Positions 34,262 to 51,189 of a DNA stretch of 64,000 bases are shown piece after piece; the stretch's first letter is position 1; each line of letters opens with the position of its first letter. Position numbers and translations under genes: made by a program. The stretch lies in assembly GCA_963693365.1 (NCBI GenBank), contig CAVNZM010000002.1:16959615-17023614 (forward strand), written 5' to 3'. Below the pieces are notes generated by a model. It was given only the letters and a program-made list of their open reading frames with translations, was not told where the DNA came from and made no database searches. The DNA comes from Amoebidium appalachense. Its lineage: Eukaryota > Protista > Ichthyosporea.

Positions 34262-34858
34262 CACTAGTTCGGATTGCCTATGTAAAATTTTCAATGGCTT
34301 TGCTTCGCTCCGGTTGGAATGATGACGTAATGAAGGGCTGCCCATATACCAAATGACGCTTTAAGTGATTAAAGTTGAAAATATGAATAGAAAACAGGTT
34401 TTGGTCAACTAATAAATATTTTTATACATAACACGACACACATTTATTGTATAAGCAACATAGGGTGTCCGCCGCTTATTTTATGGTGAAAACTAGAAAA
34501 ATTTATAATTTTGTCATAGACGATCGACCAGGGCTCTGACGATCGGGGCCTTAGCCGGACGGGTTTTTGCCGATTTTGACGATGAGGGAAGCGTCGGACA
34601 TCAGGGGCAACCTATATCATTATTATGCGTTTTTTCATTTCCGACAACTTTTCGTAATGAACCAAAACCTGTTTTCTAGGTTAAAACGAGTGAAACATGC
34701 ACATCAGAGCCTGTAAATTTGTACCACGGCCCCGATGTGGTGAGGGCAGCCCTTACCCTAGCCCTTTCGGAATGTGAGGCCAATCAGATGATCCGAATCT
34801 TTCAGGTAAGCCATATAAGGTCACGCTTACGAATTCCAATGGGAATTCCGAACTAGTG
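34262..34858. mobile_element. 597-bp non-autonomous TIR element (MITE-like), TA-flanked, copy 2
   Basis: TA|CACTAGTTCGGA...TCCGAACTAGTG|TA (12-bp perfect TIR). Internal 18-bp perfect inverted repeat TAGAAAACAGGTTTTGGT at 34388-34405 / 34661-34678. Confidence 0.8.
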
Positions 34859-35198
34859 TATTGCACTTCCCAAAACTACATTTCAAAGACCAAACCCTTA
34901 CTTGTGCCATTTCAACCCCGAGAGAAATTTCACAAAAGGCTATGTAATAGACGTTTTGATTGGTAAAGGTATTTGATTACGTCACCCGGTGGCTCAGACA
35001 TCAGACCAGTCACGAAGATTTTCAAGTATACGCCTACTCAGTGTGCAGTTTCGGCTTCAACGTTAACCTGTGTCGTGTAGAATATCTGCGAAACCTACTT
35101 TAGGGGGAAGGGGGGCCGGGGACGGGAGAGCTGCAACAAGAGCTTTCGGGGTGTGGTGGTGGTGGTGGTGGTGGTGTGTGTGTGTGTGTGTATGTGTT

Positions 35199-35240
<42 letters not shown>

Positions 35241-36325
35241 GGGGGGCAACGAATGCTGTGTCACTGCGCATGCGCTTCACACCGAGCTAATTAGTAGCTT
35301 CAGCCTCAGATATGGCATCTAGTAGGGACATAATGCTATGAGGAGGGACTTGCTAAGGAATCCGCAACTGGACGATATGGGAAGGAATGTATCAGCTATG
35401 TTGGGTGGTTGGCCATTGGATTCCGAAGACTTTGAGACAAATTGTGTGTGCATAGTGTTCGAGTGGGTGAGTAGGCTGGTGGTGGCGGTGCACGTGGTGG
35501 TGGGAAGTGTGTGTGTGGTGGTCACGGTGGGTGTCTGTGTGTGTGCGTGTATGTGTGTTTGTGTGGGGGGGGGGGGGGGGGGGGGGGGGGTTTGTGGGTG
35601 TTGGGGGGGGGGGGGGGGGAGAGGGGGGGGGGGGGGGAGGGGGGGGGATGGATAAGGGAGCATATGACATTCGCCTAGCACTGATGATACACGGATACAC
35701 CTGGATGGATACTGTACATTGCCTTGAATACATGTTTAGTGCTGAGGACTCTGTAATTATTCAATTTACCGATCATCACTCAAGAACACAGAAATAAGTC
35801 AACCGAAAAATAGGAAATCATTGAATGCCTCGGCGAAAATTCGCTGCTTCTGAACAATATGCTACAAATTTCACTGAAACATTATAAAGCCATGCACTGC
35901 AGCACACACACCAGTTAATGTTTTAAAAACCGTTGCCGCGGCACTCTAGGGCCCTCAAGTTATCCGACTTCACCACCAGGTCCTCCCACTCAGACAAATA
36001 GTAGAACAGTTGCCAAGAGGAAACACCCTCTTGCTGGCACCCAGTTCAATATTGATCATCAAACAACAGCAGCAGCACCAGGCGGAAACACACTGTCAGC
36101 CTTGCCACCTGAAAGTCCAAAAAGGTGAAAACTGTGCATGGTTGAAAGCAGATCTGACACAAGCTGGCATCAGAAAAGCACGGACCACAGACTCTTGGCA
36201 GCTCACAATATCATTTCATACGACCGTGTCACTGATTTGGGGACAATACTGGATGTTAAATTAAAAAAAAGAAAAAAAGAAATGGAAAAAAACCATGCTA
36301 CATATTAAACAACCATAACCAAATC

Positions 36326-37807
<1,482 letters not shown>

Positions 37808-39083
37808 GTTGTCTTGTTAGGCACGATCTATGTCTTTCTGGATGAAAAGGAATAAGCATCAAATAAATATATCCTCCCCAAAAGTGAATTGTGATAGTAT
37901 GTTTTAAGAAGTGTACGAATGAAGAAACCTGAAAATAGATACCGAATCCGCACACACCCCAAAAACTATGTACATACAGTACATGCTGTCACGGTGGGTT
38001 GTAGGGTGAAATAGGCAGTGGGCTGTACACAACTTGAACAAAACAAACTAACATACAAGAGTGTCCGAACAACTGGAGTCAAGCTGGAGTGGCGGTGGAG
38101 CCTCTGCTGGAGTCCTGACCCGGAGAAACAAGAATCCCCATAAACCTGTAGAGCTTGTGTTACCCCGCTCTCAGGCTGCTGAGCCGCTGCTCAGCCTCAG
38201 AGTCAGCCCCAGCATTTTTTTTCAGCACATTACTAATACTCTGCATCTGAAATAAAAAATACTAAAAATATTAATAAATAAATAAAAAAAAGAAAAGGGA
38301 TTTTGATTTTTTGTTTTTTGCCATATATACGCTCTAGGATTATAAAAAAACTGTTAATAGTTTATGAAAATTCTAACAAGCCCCTCTAATTAATCTTGGG
38401 GGATCAGATGATGCGCTCTCGACCAATCCGTTCTCTGTTCATTTGCGCAAATGGAACCTGAAAGGCCAACTAATCTGCCAAAAATAGCTCTGAGGGCTAT
38501 ATTTAGGGTAGCTCTCTGGGCGGCTTCAGTCTTCTTGGCCCATACCAAGTAAGCGCGCGTAAAAAGTGCAAGTCCGTTTTCCAAGTTTTCACAAGTGTAT
38601 CTTTGGCAAGTGACACAACGGAAAATAGACCCCTTATAGCTCCTGCGAAGAGTTTGTTAGCTGGAACGTTGAAATAACGTGTGAACTATATTATTAGGGA
38701 AGCAGTTTGCTCGAAAGGGTCGAGTCTCTCTTAACACGTTCACTGCTCGATGGGCTAGCGGCTAATGCATCTAATAATCGAGCAGAAATCATCGGTTGTG
38801 TAACACGCCAAGTCGCTGTTTATGGCCTAACCCGTGTGGTCTTGAGAAAGAGAAAACGCCATACCAAGATTTTTATATATAAGGTTTCTGTTGCACCAGG
38901 TTTCATACACCCCAATCACGATTACTTCGCAGTAGTCCGTCTAATAAGCAGGGACTGTTACAAGAGAGAGGGAGGAGCGTAGCCAGAGCATCGGCCGTCA
39001 CACACGCGTTTCTTGTTGTGCGCAAACTAGCCGAGACAGTCCGTGTGCGATTGTGATGGGCCCCCGGGCCACAGGGCGGCAAG

Positions 39084-39533
39084 ATGAGCATCACCAGCAA
39101 TGAGGTCAACTTCTTGATCTACCGCTACTTGCAGGAGTCGGGTGAGTGCCACATGCTTTTGCGTTTGAAATCTAGACGCGTTACACAGACTTGTTGGTGT
39201 GCATCCGATTTTCGGGATTGTTTTTAGTCACGTGTTGTTTTGTGATAGGGTTTTGGAGTGATAGGGTTTTGGAGAGAGGGGCGGAAGGCGAGGTTGTGAT
39301 GGATGAGGCAGACATACGGAGTAGATGAGTGGTATGAATGGGGACGAGGGTTTGTTTTTGATATTTTGTGGTGGGGGATGGGTGGGAAGGAGGGCCTGAA
39401 GGGAGGGAGCGAACACCTATATTCTCGTGGAGAGCCTGACGTCTAGGAATAATATTGGGTTGGCGGGACAAGTTCTGTGTACACCGCCTGGTGTTATGAG
39501 TCCTGTGAGGGGAGGAGGGTGACAGAGGGTATG

Positions 39534-39600
<67 letters not shown>

Positions 39601-40313
39601 TATGTTGAGTAACCAATCCAACATCCAAGTGGTTTTGGGATGCACAGATGGACATTCTTGTTTATGTTGTCTTGCACACACCCCCCCCCCCCCCCCCCCC
39701 TCCCCCCCCCTCCCCCTCCCCCCCCCCCCCGTTATTTCTGTTTCAATCTGAAGGGCAGGGAGGGATGAGGGGGGGAACGTTCTAAAGGCACCCCTGTTAT
39801 CTATTTGAACGGTATGGCAGTATTGAAACAGGTCCGTTTGGGGGGCGAACTTGGACAGTTGCTGTGGAGGTGAAAGGGGGAGGGGGGTGGGGTCGGGGGG
39901 CCAACATTTTCATCATGCTAATCTGTAGTTGTGCTAGCTGAGCAATCTAGCTATCTGCGAGACACGTTTCTACAGTGCTTTGACGTTCTTATGGCCAGTG
40001 TTCTTTTTCGAAGTATGGAAACCTACTAAGGGTCGGAGAAACGGTAACACGTGTGTGTCGAAACGTGTTGTACTTCGAAGTGACTGTGGTGAGGGTACGT
40101 GCATTGCAAAGGCAGATTTCTAACAGTGGGTCCCACCAGGGTTTCACCATTCTGCGTTCTCTTTCGGTCATGAGAGTTTTGTGTTCCAGTCAAACATTAG
40201 CGGGGCCGATGTTCCACCTGGGGCTCTTATCTCCATTATCCAGAAGGGTCTTCAGTATGTCGAGGCCGAAACACATCTCAACGAGGCATGGGCAGCGCCC
40301 TCCCCCCCCCCCC

Positions 40314-40344
<31 letters not shown>

Positions 40345-40985
40345 ACATACACATACACATCCACACCTGTGTGGGCGCCCACAAACCCAGTGCAAACCGA
40401 AGGGACTTAGCACGCTTTCTCTGACCAACGAGAGTTCCCTTCGGCCTACGTGACACTTACACATAGGCACGTGCGCGCGCGCACACACACACACACGTGC
40501 ACGTGGAGCTGTGCAACAAAGTAACTCGATAAGAAATCCCAGCAAATCGTATACACCATAAGTGTAAAAATGGTTGCGATCTGGGCTTTCGTCCCCTACA
40601 TTCTTCCCCCCCCCCCCCCCCTCAAAGACACCCGCGCACATGCACATAAAAACACCACCAATACCACCATTACCTCTACCACACACTCACACGTGCGCGC
40701 GCGCGCGCACACACACACACACTTTTCCTCTCATCCCCCAACTGTGCCCCCCTGGATGCCACCGCATGAACTTGCCCAACTCCTGCACAACATTCCGTCT
40801 AAACTAATGACCCGGTTGCACCCCTTTTGCATTCTGCTCTACCCCCCCTCCCCCCTCCTCTCCCTCTTTCCCCCTCTCCCCCCTTCTCCTTGTTTGGGTT
40901 TACCTCCAGCACCTCAGGTTGGTGCAGTAAGGTGATGGTCTGCGTAAGGATGTGTGTACTATTAGAAACCCCACTTGGATTTTTT

Positions 40986-41035
<50 letters not shown>

Positions 41036-41157
41036 GGTTGAGTTCAGCCGCATTCGTCGTTTTTGGTCTTCTGTGCCTGACTTCTGTCCCTTCCCTCCCC
41101 CCTCCCCTCCCCCCCCCCCCCCCCCCCCCACCACCACCACCACCACCACCACCGCCA

Positions 41158-41213
<56 letters not shown>

Positions 41214-42091
41214 CTCAATGGTAACTTTACACTTTCGTTGTGGGCCAAGCAGACAAGGGTCGCTCACCGAACCAGAAACATTCCTACACCCAGTTGCATT
41301 TGATCACGGCCCTTAGGTTACTTGGCCTTAAATATTTTGCTTCTGCATTCAAGCATGGTCTATTCTTGCCTAATTAGGCAATACGCATGGCCACATTTGC
41401 ACGTGTACACACCCACTGACTTGTGTGGCTGCAGGATGGGACGGAGATCGAATGCAACGAGCCCTTCTCCCTGCTCACCCCACACGTCTGCAAGGCAAAA
41501 GACGTAGGTGCACGCCCTGCCTGTGTGGTTGCACTGAAAGTTCAAAATTGTCTTTATTTGTTCTGGGTGGGTAGGTGTGTGGGTGGGTGTAGGTGTGTGG
41601 GTGTAGGTGGAAGAAGAGGGTGGAGCGAGGGAGGGAGGGGGGATGGGGAGAGGGGGGGGAGCAAATATGGGTTAAGAGATGTAATTGGTCAACGAAGTGT
41701 ATGGAGAATGAGGCGTACAAGCAGTCGATGCCGTCATGGTTGTGAATCGCAATGTCATTTTTTTGCCTGCATGCATGTGTCCATATAGATGCCAGGGCAG
41801 GGGGAAGATGTTGGTGACTATGATAGAACCTGAGTATCTGAGCGAGGGGACATGGTAGGTGAATGTTGTATGGGTTGCAGTGGTGGTGGTGATTTTTTTT
41901 TTTTTTTTTTTTTTTTTTGGGGGGGGGGGGGGGGGGATGCAGGATATGGGTATGTAATGTAGGGGGTGGGATCACCAGAGTGACAAGGAGCGCAAGAGGA
42001 AAGAGCGGGATGACAAGCGGTCAGACAAGAAGGAGGCCAAGCGCATGAAGAGAGAGCACAGCGCAAGCATGGACAAGGACAAGGTGTGTAC

Positions 42092-42125
<34 letters not shown>

Positions 42126-42143
42126 CCGGCAGGTTTTTTTTTT

Positions 42144-42174
<31 letters not shown>

Positions 42175-42263
42175 GGGGGGTTCTGACAGCACCTTTTTGT
42201 GTGGGTTGCCAATCACACCCCTGTTAATGGATCGTGTGAAGTAATGGGCACTGATCCCCCCCC

Positions 42264-42299
<36 letters not shown>

Positions 42300-42912
42300 G
42301 ATGTGCAGACAGACGATGACGACCGAGTACGAGAAAAGAACCGAGACAAGGATCGAGACAGAGACGGAGAGAAAAAAGACAAAAACAAAGACAAGGAGAA
42401 AAACAGAGATAGAGATAAAGAGAAGGATAAGGAGAGAAAGGACAGAGACAAAAACAGAGAAAAGGACAAAAACAGAGACAGAGACGAAGATCAGGAAGAG
42501 GGGAAAGAAGAGAGGAAGGGGAGGGAACACGAGGAGAATGGGGATGGGGAGGGAGGGGAGGGCAAGAAGAAAGACAAGAAGGGAAAGGAGGAGGAGGGGG
42601 AGGAGACAAGGAAAGGAGGCACGGGGGATGAGTCTACGGCCAAGCAGAAAGAGACTAACGGCATGGCTATCGATGACGATGGTCAAATGCCCCCCCCCCC
42701 CCCCCCCCCCCCCCTGGTCCAGCCCGCGCGTCCCCTTCCCCCCCCCCTCCTCTCCCCCATCCCTCTCCCCGTCCTTTCCCCCTCCCCACCCCCCTTTCCC
42801 CGGCAACTTCAATTTGCACACCACACACCAACATGCTCATGCACATCCACACATTAAATGCCCCTTCAGGACTTGTTCCTGTGTAAGCCTGTCCTTTGTG
42901 TCATGAATCTGG

Positions 42913-42953
<41 letters not shown>

Positions 42954-43597
42954 TAACAGGTTTGCTGCCGTGAGTCCCTCATAGGCCTAGCCCCCTGCCT
43001 CCCTCCCTCTGCTACCTTCTTTCGCCCCCATGCCCACCTGCAAGACACTGGATATACACGCATGCACATAGGCACTTACGGTGCACGCACACACACAGAC
43101 ACACACACACACACCGAATTCATTGCACTATGTTGCTCCGTGCAATGCCTACCAACTTACTGCATGAACGGCCACAGACACTGCAACACTACCCGAGTTC
43201 AAAGTTCGCAAGCTCAAAGGTCACCAGGAGGTACGTCTCCCCCCCCCCCTCCCCACCCCCCTGGAGTCAATAATGCTCGGTTGTTGGCGAGTACACACAC
43301 ACACACACACACACACACTTGTCTGCATGCCATTGTGGTTGCCTCACGGTCTCTCATCGTCATCTGATTTCCAGGCGGGAGGGGGGGGGGGGGGAAGATG
43401 CGGGTGTCTCCAAAGAGGGTGGGAGGGGAAGGAGGGGGATTGACAGGTGTGCATGTTTCAGAAACAAAGGGGGTAGGAGAGGGGGGGGGGGGGGGGGACG
43501 AGGGATGTTGTGATGGGGGGGGATGTTTCAACGAGGGGGGGGGGTCGTCTTAAGAGTTGGGGAGGAAGAGTCTGGGTAGTACAGGCAAATCGTGTGT

Positions 43598-43643
<46 letters not shown>

Positions 43644-43816
43644 GGTGTGTTTGTTTTGGAGGATATGGAGGGGGGTGTATTCAAGAGTTATTTTTCTTTT
43701 GGGGGAGGAGGGGGGGGAGGGTAGGGGGGAAGGATGTAGGTTTTTCTGATGACGGCCTCCGGTGATGTGGGGCAAGGTGTGTTTTTTTTTTTTGTTTTTG
43801 TTTTTTTGTTTTTTTG

Positions 43817-43847
<31 letters not shown>

Positions 43848-44948
43848 AGTGGGGAGCGTAGTTGAAGGCGCCCACCAGCACTGTAAAGGTCACCGAATAA
43901 TGGCATCTGCTCCTGCTGCTCTGGCTGTAACTCCACCAGTTAAGCTAATCTCTCCATCCACCCCCTCACAGCAATGTCTTGTGGCCTGGAACCCCACTTC
44001 AGATTACGTGGCCACGGGGTAGGAGCCAGCCCACCCCCCACCCCCTCCCCCCTCCCCGCCTCCCCCCCCCCCCCTGCTGCTGCTGCTTATGTTGTATGGG
44101 ATTTCTTGGCTTTACGTGGTGCCTGCAACTTCTCACCAACCTCCTCCATTTCTAAGTGAGGTTTACAGGTTTGATTGACCCTTCCCCGTTGTTTTTGCCG
44201 GCCCCTGGATATCTCGATGTTGCTATGCACACACTTGCCCGTCCGGACTTTTGCAGGCAGGTGCATGTAACAGATTTATTCACATCCTCTTTCTCACCTT
44301 GTTGAGGTCTGCAGTCAAGGGTGTGCATTCATTCATATGTTTTTTGTTTGGTTGGTTGGTTTTTTTTTTTCCACGCTGTTACAGTCTGCAGCCATGGACA
44401 TGTATGTATTCACTCATGTTCTCTTTCTCGCGGTGACACCAGGGCTGCTGATGGATCCGGACGGATTTGGGACTCGACTGGGCCAGAAAAAGAGAAGCCA
44501 TATGTGGAGCTCAAGACAGAGCCAAGGGGGGGCAAGCAGAAGGAGGAGGCAGGCATCACAAGCCTGGAGTGGAGCGTGAGTGCTTATTCCCCCCCCCCCC
44601 CCCCTCCCCCCCCTGCTCATTGCTTCATTCACGCCTTTCCTTCCCTGTTCCTGACAGCACCCATGGTCTGAATGTTGGAGGTAACCCGTGTACATTGTTA
44701 GCATGTGGCCACTAGAGCACGTGATGTTGTAGCCGGGACCACAATGGGTGATATGCAGTGCAGCCTGCTAACAGGAACCTGCATGTACAGCCCAGCGGGG
44801 CACATCTAGCCGTGGCCAGCTATGACGGCACAGGCCGTCTATGGACAAAGTCAGGTGCGTTGCATGCTGCGTCGGGTGGCCTGGGGCTTGGGTGGATGGG
44901 GTGGCGTGACTTTTTTTTTCTTTTTCTTTTTCCCCCGTAGTGTGTGCA

Positions 44949-45004
<56 letters not shown>

Positions 45005-45301
45005 TGTGTGGGGGGGGATGGAGGGGGAAGGGAGACTTCTCCTTTGCCAAACCTCGAATGGGAAAGCTAAAGGCTCGCAGAAGAAGTGAATTGATTTTTT
45101 TAATTTTTTTTTTTTTTGGGTGGGGGGGGGGGGGGGGGGGGGGGGTAGCTGTTGGATTGGGGGTGTGTTCTTAGTCAATATTCCACCAGGGTTCTGAGTC
45201 AGCAACACTTTCCGCCTTCCTTGTGCCCTCTGCACATGCAATCGTGTACGAACAAAACATGCACACACACACACACACACACAAGCACACGCACACTCAC
45301 A

Positions 45302-45336
<35 letters not shown>

Positions 45337-45544
45337 ACACAGGCCAGTTGCAGCACACACTCGAGCACACGCCGGCCAGCAACATCAGCCCCATCTTCAC
45401 CATCCGCTGGAACAAGTCCGGCACGGCCCTGCTGACGGGGGGCGGAGACAAAGCAGCCGTGGTGTGGGACTACAAGACTGGCTCACAGCGCCAGCGCTTT
45501 GCCTTCCATGACAGTGCGTACCCCCGCTCTAAAGGGATTGCTTA

Positions 45545-45608
<64 letters not shown>

Positions 45609-45998
45609 AAGGTCTGACAGTGGGATGCAATCGTTATTTTTTACACCCGAAAAGAAATGTATGTAAACTGTTTCACTTTTGCCTTGCACCGGAATGCAAT
45701 AGTTGGTGTGAGGTGTTTTTGGGTGACGTTTTGTGGTAGTTGTAGCTGTGGGTGGATACCTGCTGTAGCATTGAAATATGAGTTCATTCTCCATTGGATT
45801 CTGTGTGTTTGAAACCAGAGTTGGTCCTAGTCTGGCTTGGCCTTATTCCTCCGTTCCGGTCAGAGACACAGGTTGAATAACGTCCAGAAGCCCATATTCA
45901 CCAATCCCCATGTCAACATTTCCAAACACGTACATAGTTTCCTAACTGTCGTCCTGTTTTTTTTGCTCCTGCGCGTTTCAATGGCTGTGCGGCTATAT

Positions 45999-46032
<34 letters not shown>

Positions 46033-46309
46033 GCAGAGGCGGTGTTTGATGTTGACTGGATGGACGATGAGACGTTTGCCACTGCCAGCTATGATGCCAA
46101 GATCTATCTGTGCCGGCTGGGCCAGGACAACCCCCTGCGCACCTACCGCCACGAGGTGGGCACGACATGCCTAAGGAACACACACGGGACACATTGCATG
46201 CATTCACACACCTGTGCATAAAGGGGTGGAATGGGCCTGATAATGAAAGAGGGTGGATGGGTGTCTGAGAAGGGGCGTGGAGTGGAGGCGAAAAGGGAGG
46301 GAGGGGGAA

Positions 46310-46346
<37 letters not shown>

Positions 46347-46654
46347 ATGATCCGAGTGATATGTGTATTGGCCATGCACGTATTTGTGCATGAAGACTTG
46401 GGCTGTCCGTGTACTGCTTGGTGCCCATATGGCCAAACAGCACACTACCAAACATTGAATCTTCTTTTTCGCCATCCTGTGCCCACAGATAGGTTAGGTT
46501 TTGTGCCCAAGTAATGTAAATTTTTTTTTTTCATTTTTGCACACAGGCAAAGAAGATCACGGCAATCCGCTTCAACCCAACTGGCACCATCCTTGCATCA
46601 TGTGCAGAGGATCCCACTGTTAAGGTTGGCTCACAGCCCTTCCCTCCACACGCA

Positions 46655-46708
<54 letters not shown>

Positions 46709-47136
46709 GCGCGCGCACAGACCACCTCGTCCTCCCCTTCCTCCTCGGGATCGGGTTTTCATCATCTTTGATGTCCTTCTCGTTCACTCCTGCTCTCTGT
46801 CTATTGACATGTTACCTCCTACTTCAAACCCTTCTCCTCCCCTTACCCCTTCTTACCTGTTTACACTGTGACACGCACGGATGTGTCACACCAACACTCG
46901 CGAATGTACATATGTACACAAGAGCGCCCACACATGCACGACACACGCAAGGCAGGCACACATGCGCTCAGTATCTCTTTATATGGTTAGTGTATGTGAG
47001 TGCTGATTGGGCTATGCAGCTGTGGAAACCGGACCGGGACTCGTACGTACAGCAGCTCAAGGGCCACACGAAGGACGTCAGCAACATCGACTGGAGCAGA
47101 GATGCTGCGTCCGGCCGTCTAGCATCGTATGTCCAC

Positions 47137-47180
<44 letters not shown>

Positions 47181-47379
47181 TACTCATGTTCAAGTGAAAC
47201 AGTATCTGAGTTGGGTTTCGTTAACGAGGGGAATAGGTCGAAACTCGGGTACTGTGGATGACGTGGGCCCCCCCTGAGGATGGGCTCTGCTTATTATGCA
47301 TACTCTTTATGTATGGCTTGCATTCTGCATCGTGTTATCCGTTTGTTCTTGTGTACTTCGTACTTTTTGACGCATTCAA

Positions 47380-47421
<42 letters not shown>

Positions 47422-48923
47422 AAAAAAAAAAAAAAAGAAAGAAAGAAAGAAAGAAAGAAAGAAAAGGAAAAAACCAGGATACACGCACACGCAATCACGC
47501 TCACTCCCCCCCCCCCCCCCCCCTCCCCCTCCTCCTCCCCCTCCTTCTCTGTGCCTCTCCCTCTCTCTCTCACTCCCCCTCTTCCCCTCCCCCTCTCCCC
47601 CTCTTCCCCTCCCTCGCTGTTCGATCTTTCTCAATCTCCCTCTACCTCTACCTCTACCTCTCCCTCCCATTCTCTTTTCTCCTTCATCACCTCCCCTCTT
47701 CTGCTTCCAGGAAAGCTCGAAGATGGATGGATAAGGTTTACGTCAGGAACGCTGATAGCTTGGCAACACTGGGGGGGGGGGGGGGGAAGAGGGGGAGGAG
47801 GGAGGGGAGGGGGGGGAGGGGGGCATGTGCTTCCGTGCAGTTGAGTGATTTGTGTATGTGTGCGAGTATGCATACAACTGATATCAAAATCAGCCGTGGT
47901 GTCCGCTGACACGATCACTGTGCAGTGGGTCGGTGGACCAGACGGTCAAGCTCTGGGACGTGGAGGCAGGCAGGCAGGTACAGTCGTACGAGTGCCCGGC
48001 AGGCGTGGAAGTGGTGGCCTTCAGCCCCGACAGCCGCATATTGGCTGCCGCTAGTGTCGAGGGCCAGCAATTCATCAGGTTCCTGTGCACAAGGGTACGT
48101 GCATGTGGGTGTGGGTGTGTGTGTGTTGGAGGAAGAGGGGGGGGGGGGGGAGGGGGGCAAAGAAAGAATGCATGTATATGTGTGTAGTTGCTGGAGAGGT
48201 GGGGTGCATGGGGGGGTGGGGGGGGGTATTTCATCATTATATTGTCATTTCGGGCATTATGTTCCTGTTTTTCGCTTACTTTTCTGGTGATCCTGGCGGG
48301 AAGCTGACGGCACACGGCTGTGAGGTTTAGAGTCAGGCCCACGGGGGCGGAAGGACAGGGTGGGTGGGGCGTCGGGGGGAGAAGGAGAGAGGAAGGGGAG
48401 GGGGGGGGGGGGGGGGGGGGGATGATGAGCTGCTAGTTTTGAACTAGACCTGATATTGGTGAATTGTCATTCCCATGAGGCGAGAGTTGTCGTACACTGT
48501 AGAAAAGGAAACGCTCTCTCTTCCAGGGTTGAGCGGAAAGACACAATCACGCGTGTATTAATGGGTCTGTGTGGCTGCACACAGAGCGGCAAGGTGGTGC
48601 GCGAGTACACACCCAAGAGCGGGGTGGTGGACCTCAAGTGGAACCACACAGGCACCATGCTATGTGCTGGTTCTGCCCTGGGCACGGTGAGTGTGCGTGT
48701 GCATGTGCATGTGTGTGTCCGTGTGTCGTATGTGTGTGTGTATGTGTGTGTTGTGTGTTGTGCTTGATTGTAGGGGAGGGGGCTGTGAGTGTTGGTGGGT
48801 GTGGGCGTGTGTGTATGGGTGGAGGGGGGGGGGGGGGACAGGCTTGAACGACTGTTGACTAATAAACCTCCCTTTTGGTTTATTCTCACGCAGGCACTTG
48901 TGCTAGACTTCCGAGGCATCTGA
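39084..48923 (+). CDS. TBL1: TBL1/TBL1XR1/ebi-like LisH + WD40 corepressor subunit, ~16 exons
   Basis: [19 protein letters not shown]|[13 protein letters not shown]...[20 protein letters not shown] is the canonical TBL1 LisH N-terminus. WD40 exons follow: [65 protein letters not shown]. Confidence 0.93.
47297..47380 (+). repeat. ~85-bp dispersed repeat (SINE/LINE-tail-like) ending in poly-C then poly-A
   Basis: Closely similar to the reverse complement of 55857-55940. Confidence 0.8.
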
Positions 48924-49177
48924 TTGGTCAAGCAGATGGCTGCTGAATGACCATGGCACAAGGGCAAACACATACACTATGTTTGCATTTTGTGATTGCC
49001 GTCAGTATGACGACTCGCGCATAGGCCATCCACATTAGAAGCTCTTCAAAGGTGTTGTCTTTGTTTCTGAATATTGTAATTGTTATGTTTCCTGAACCAT
49101 CATCGATGTTTGCGCGTGTGTGGGTTTGTTTGTGGGTGGGGGCGGGGCGGCGGGCCGGGCCGGGCCGGGCCGGGCGG

Positions 49178-49222
<45 letters not shown>

Positions 49223-49979
49223 CGTTCAGTCCGGTGAAATGCAGCAAAATGTGGCATGAATTTTGTGTTAGCCTATGTGTTTGTCGAAGTTTGCTAAGCC
49301 GGGTTTATGTCGGGTTTCTTGATGGCTTGCTGTGCGCCGAAGCAAACGGCCTTGTGACCTTTCGAGTTATTATGCATACCACGTTTGTGTAAATGCCTCT
49401 TGATGACACCAGCTCTTAGCAAGAATTGTGCATATCACCAATATTCAAAGCAGTTTCCTTTGATGTGTTGTTGTGTGCTTCCAAAAATACGCTATGTATG
49501 GGGTTGGTATAGCCCAGCAACACAGTAAGCTTACTACCAAGTATCTGTTCATTGTATTGCCGCATAAGGGGCTGGTGGGTGAGGGTTTCTATATTTAGTG
49601 TAGTATTTCTTATAAGTTTTGATTGTGCATATATGTTGACTATTTGGGTGCTGCTTGTCATACTGAGCATATCACTATCAGGTAGAGTACAGGGGGATTG
49701 AATCTCGATGTCTTTAGACTATCCAATAAATTATCTCGACCGCAAGTGCCAAGAAAGAACAGCCTCACACACTTATTAAGTGTCATCAGCAGCAGTTACT
49801 GAGTCAGTTACTGTAGGACCTCAGGGATCAGGCTGGTCTCTAATATTAGCTTGTTCCCGAAGATGGATGTAGCGGCTCACTGCGAGCGGAGCAGCTATGT
49901 ATCCCAGATTGCTGCACCCCCCTAGGCCCACCCCACCCATGATGCACCCACCCACCCCCCACCCCATCCCACCGGGTCC

Positions 49980-50900
<921 letters not shown>

Positions 50901-51139
50901 CGGCGATATCTGTAGTTTCTAGCTAGGGCCACCAAAACTGTCGCACCGTGGCCAGATTAAATGAAGTCCTATCAAAGTTAGCCGACTGTGCATTATTGCC
51001 ACCTTTCAGCTTTCTCATGCTGGTCCCCACCGCGCACTGCGCCTGTACATACGATGAATACTACGATCATGCCAAACTTTGAACTGAGTCTGCCCGGCTT
51101 GCAAGCATATATATAACAACAACCCCCCCCCTCCCTCTC

Positions 51140-51189
<50 letters not shown>

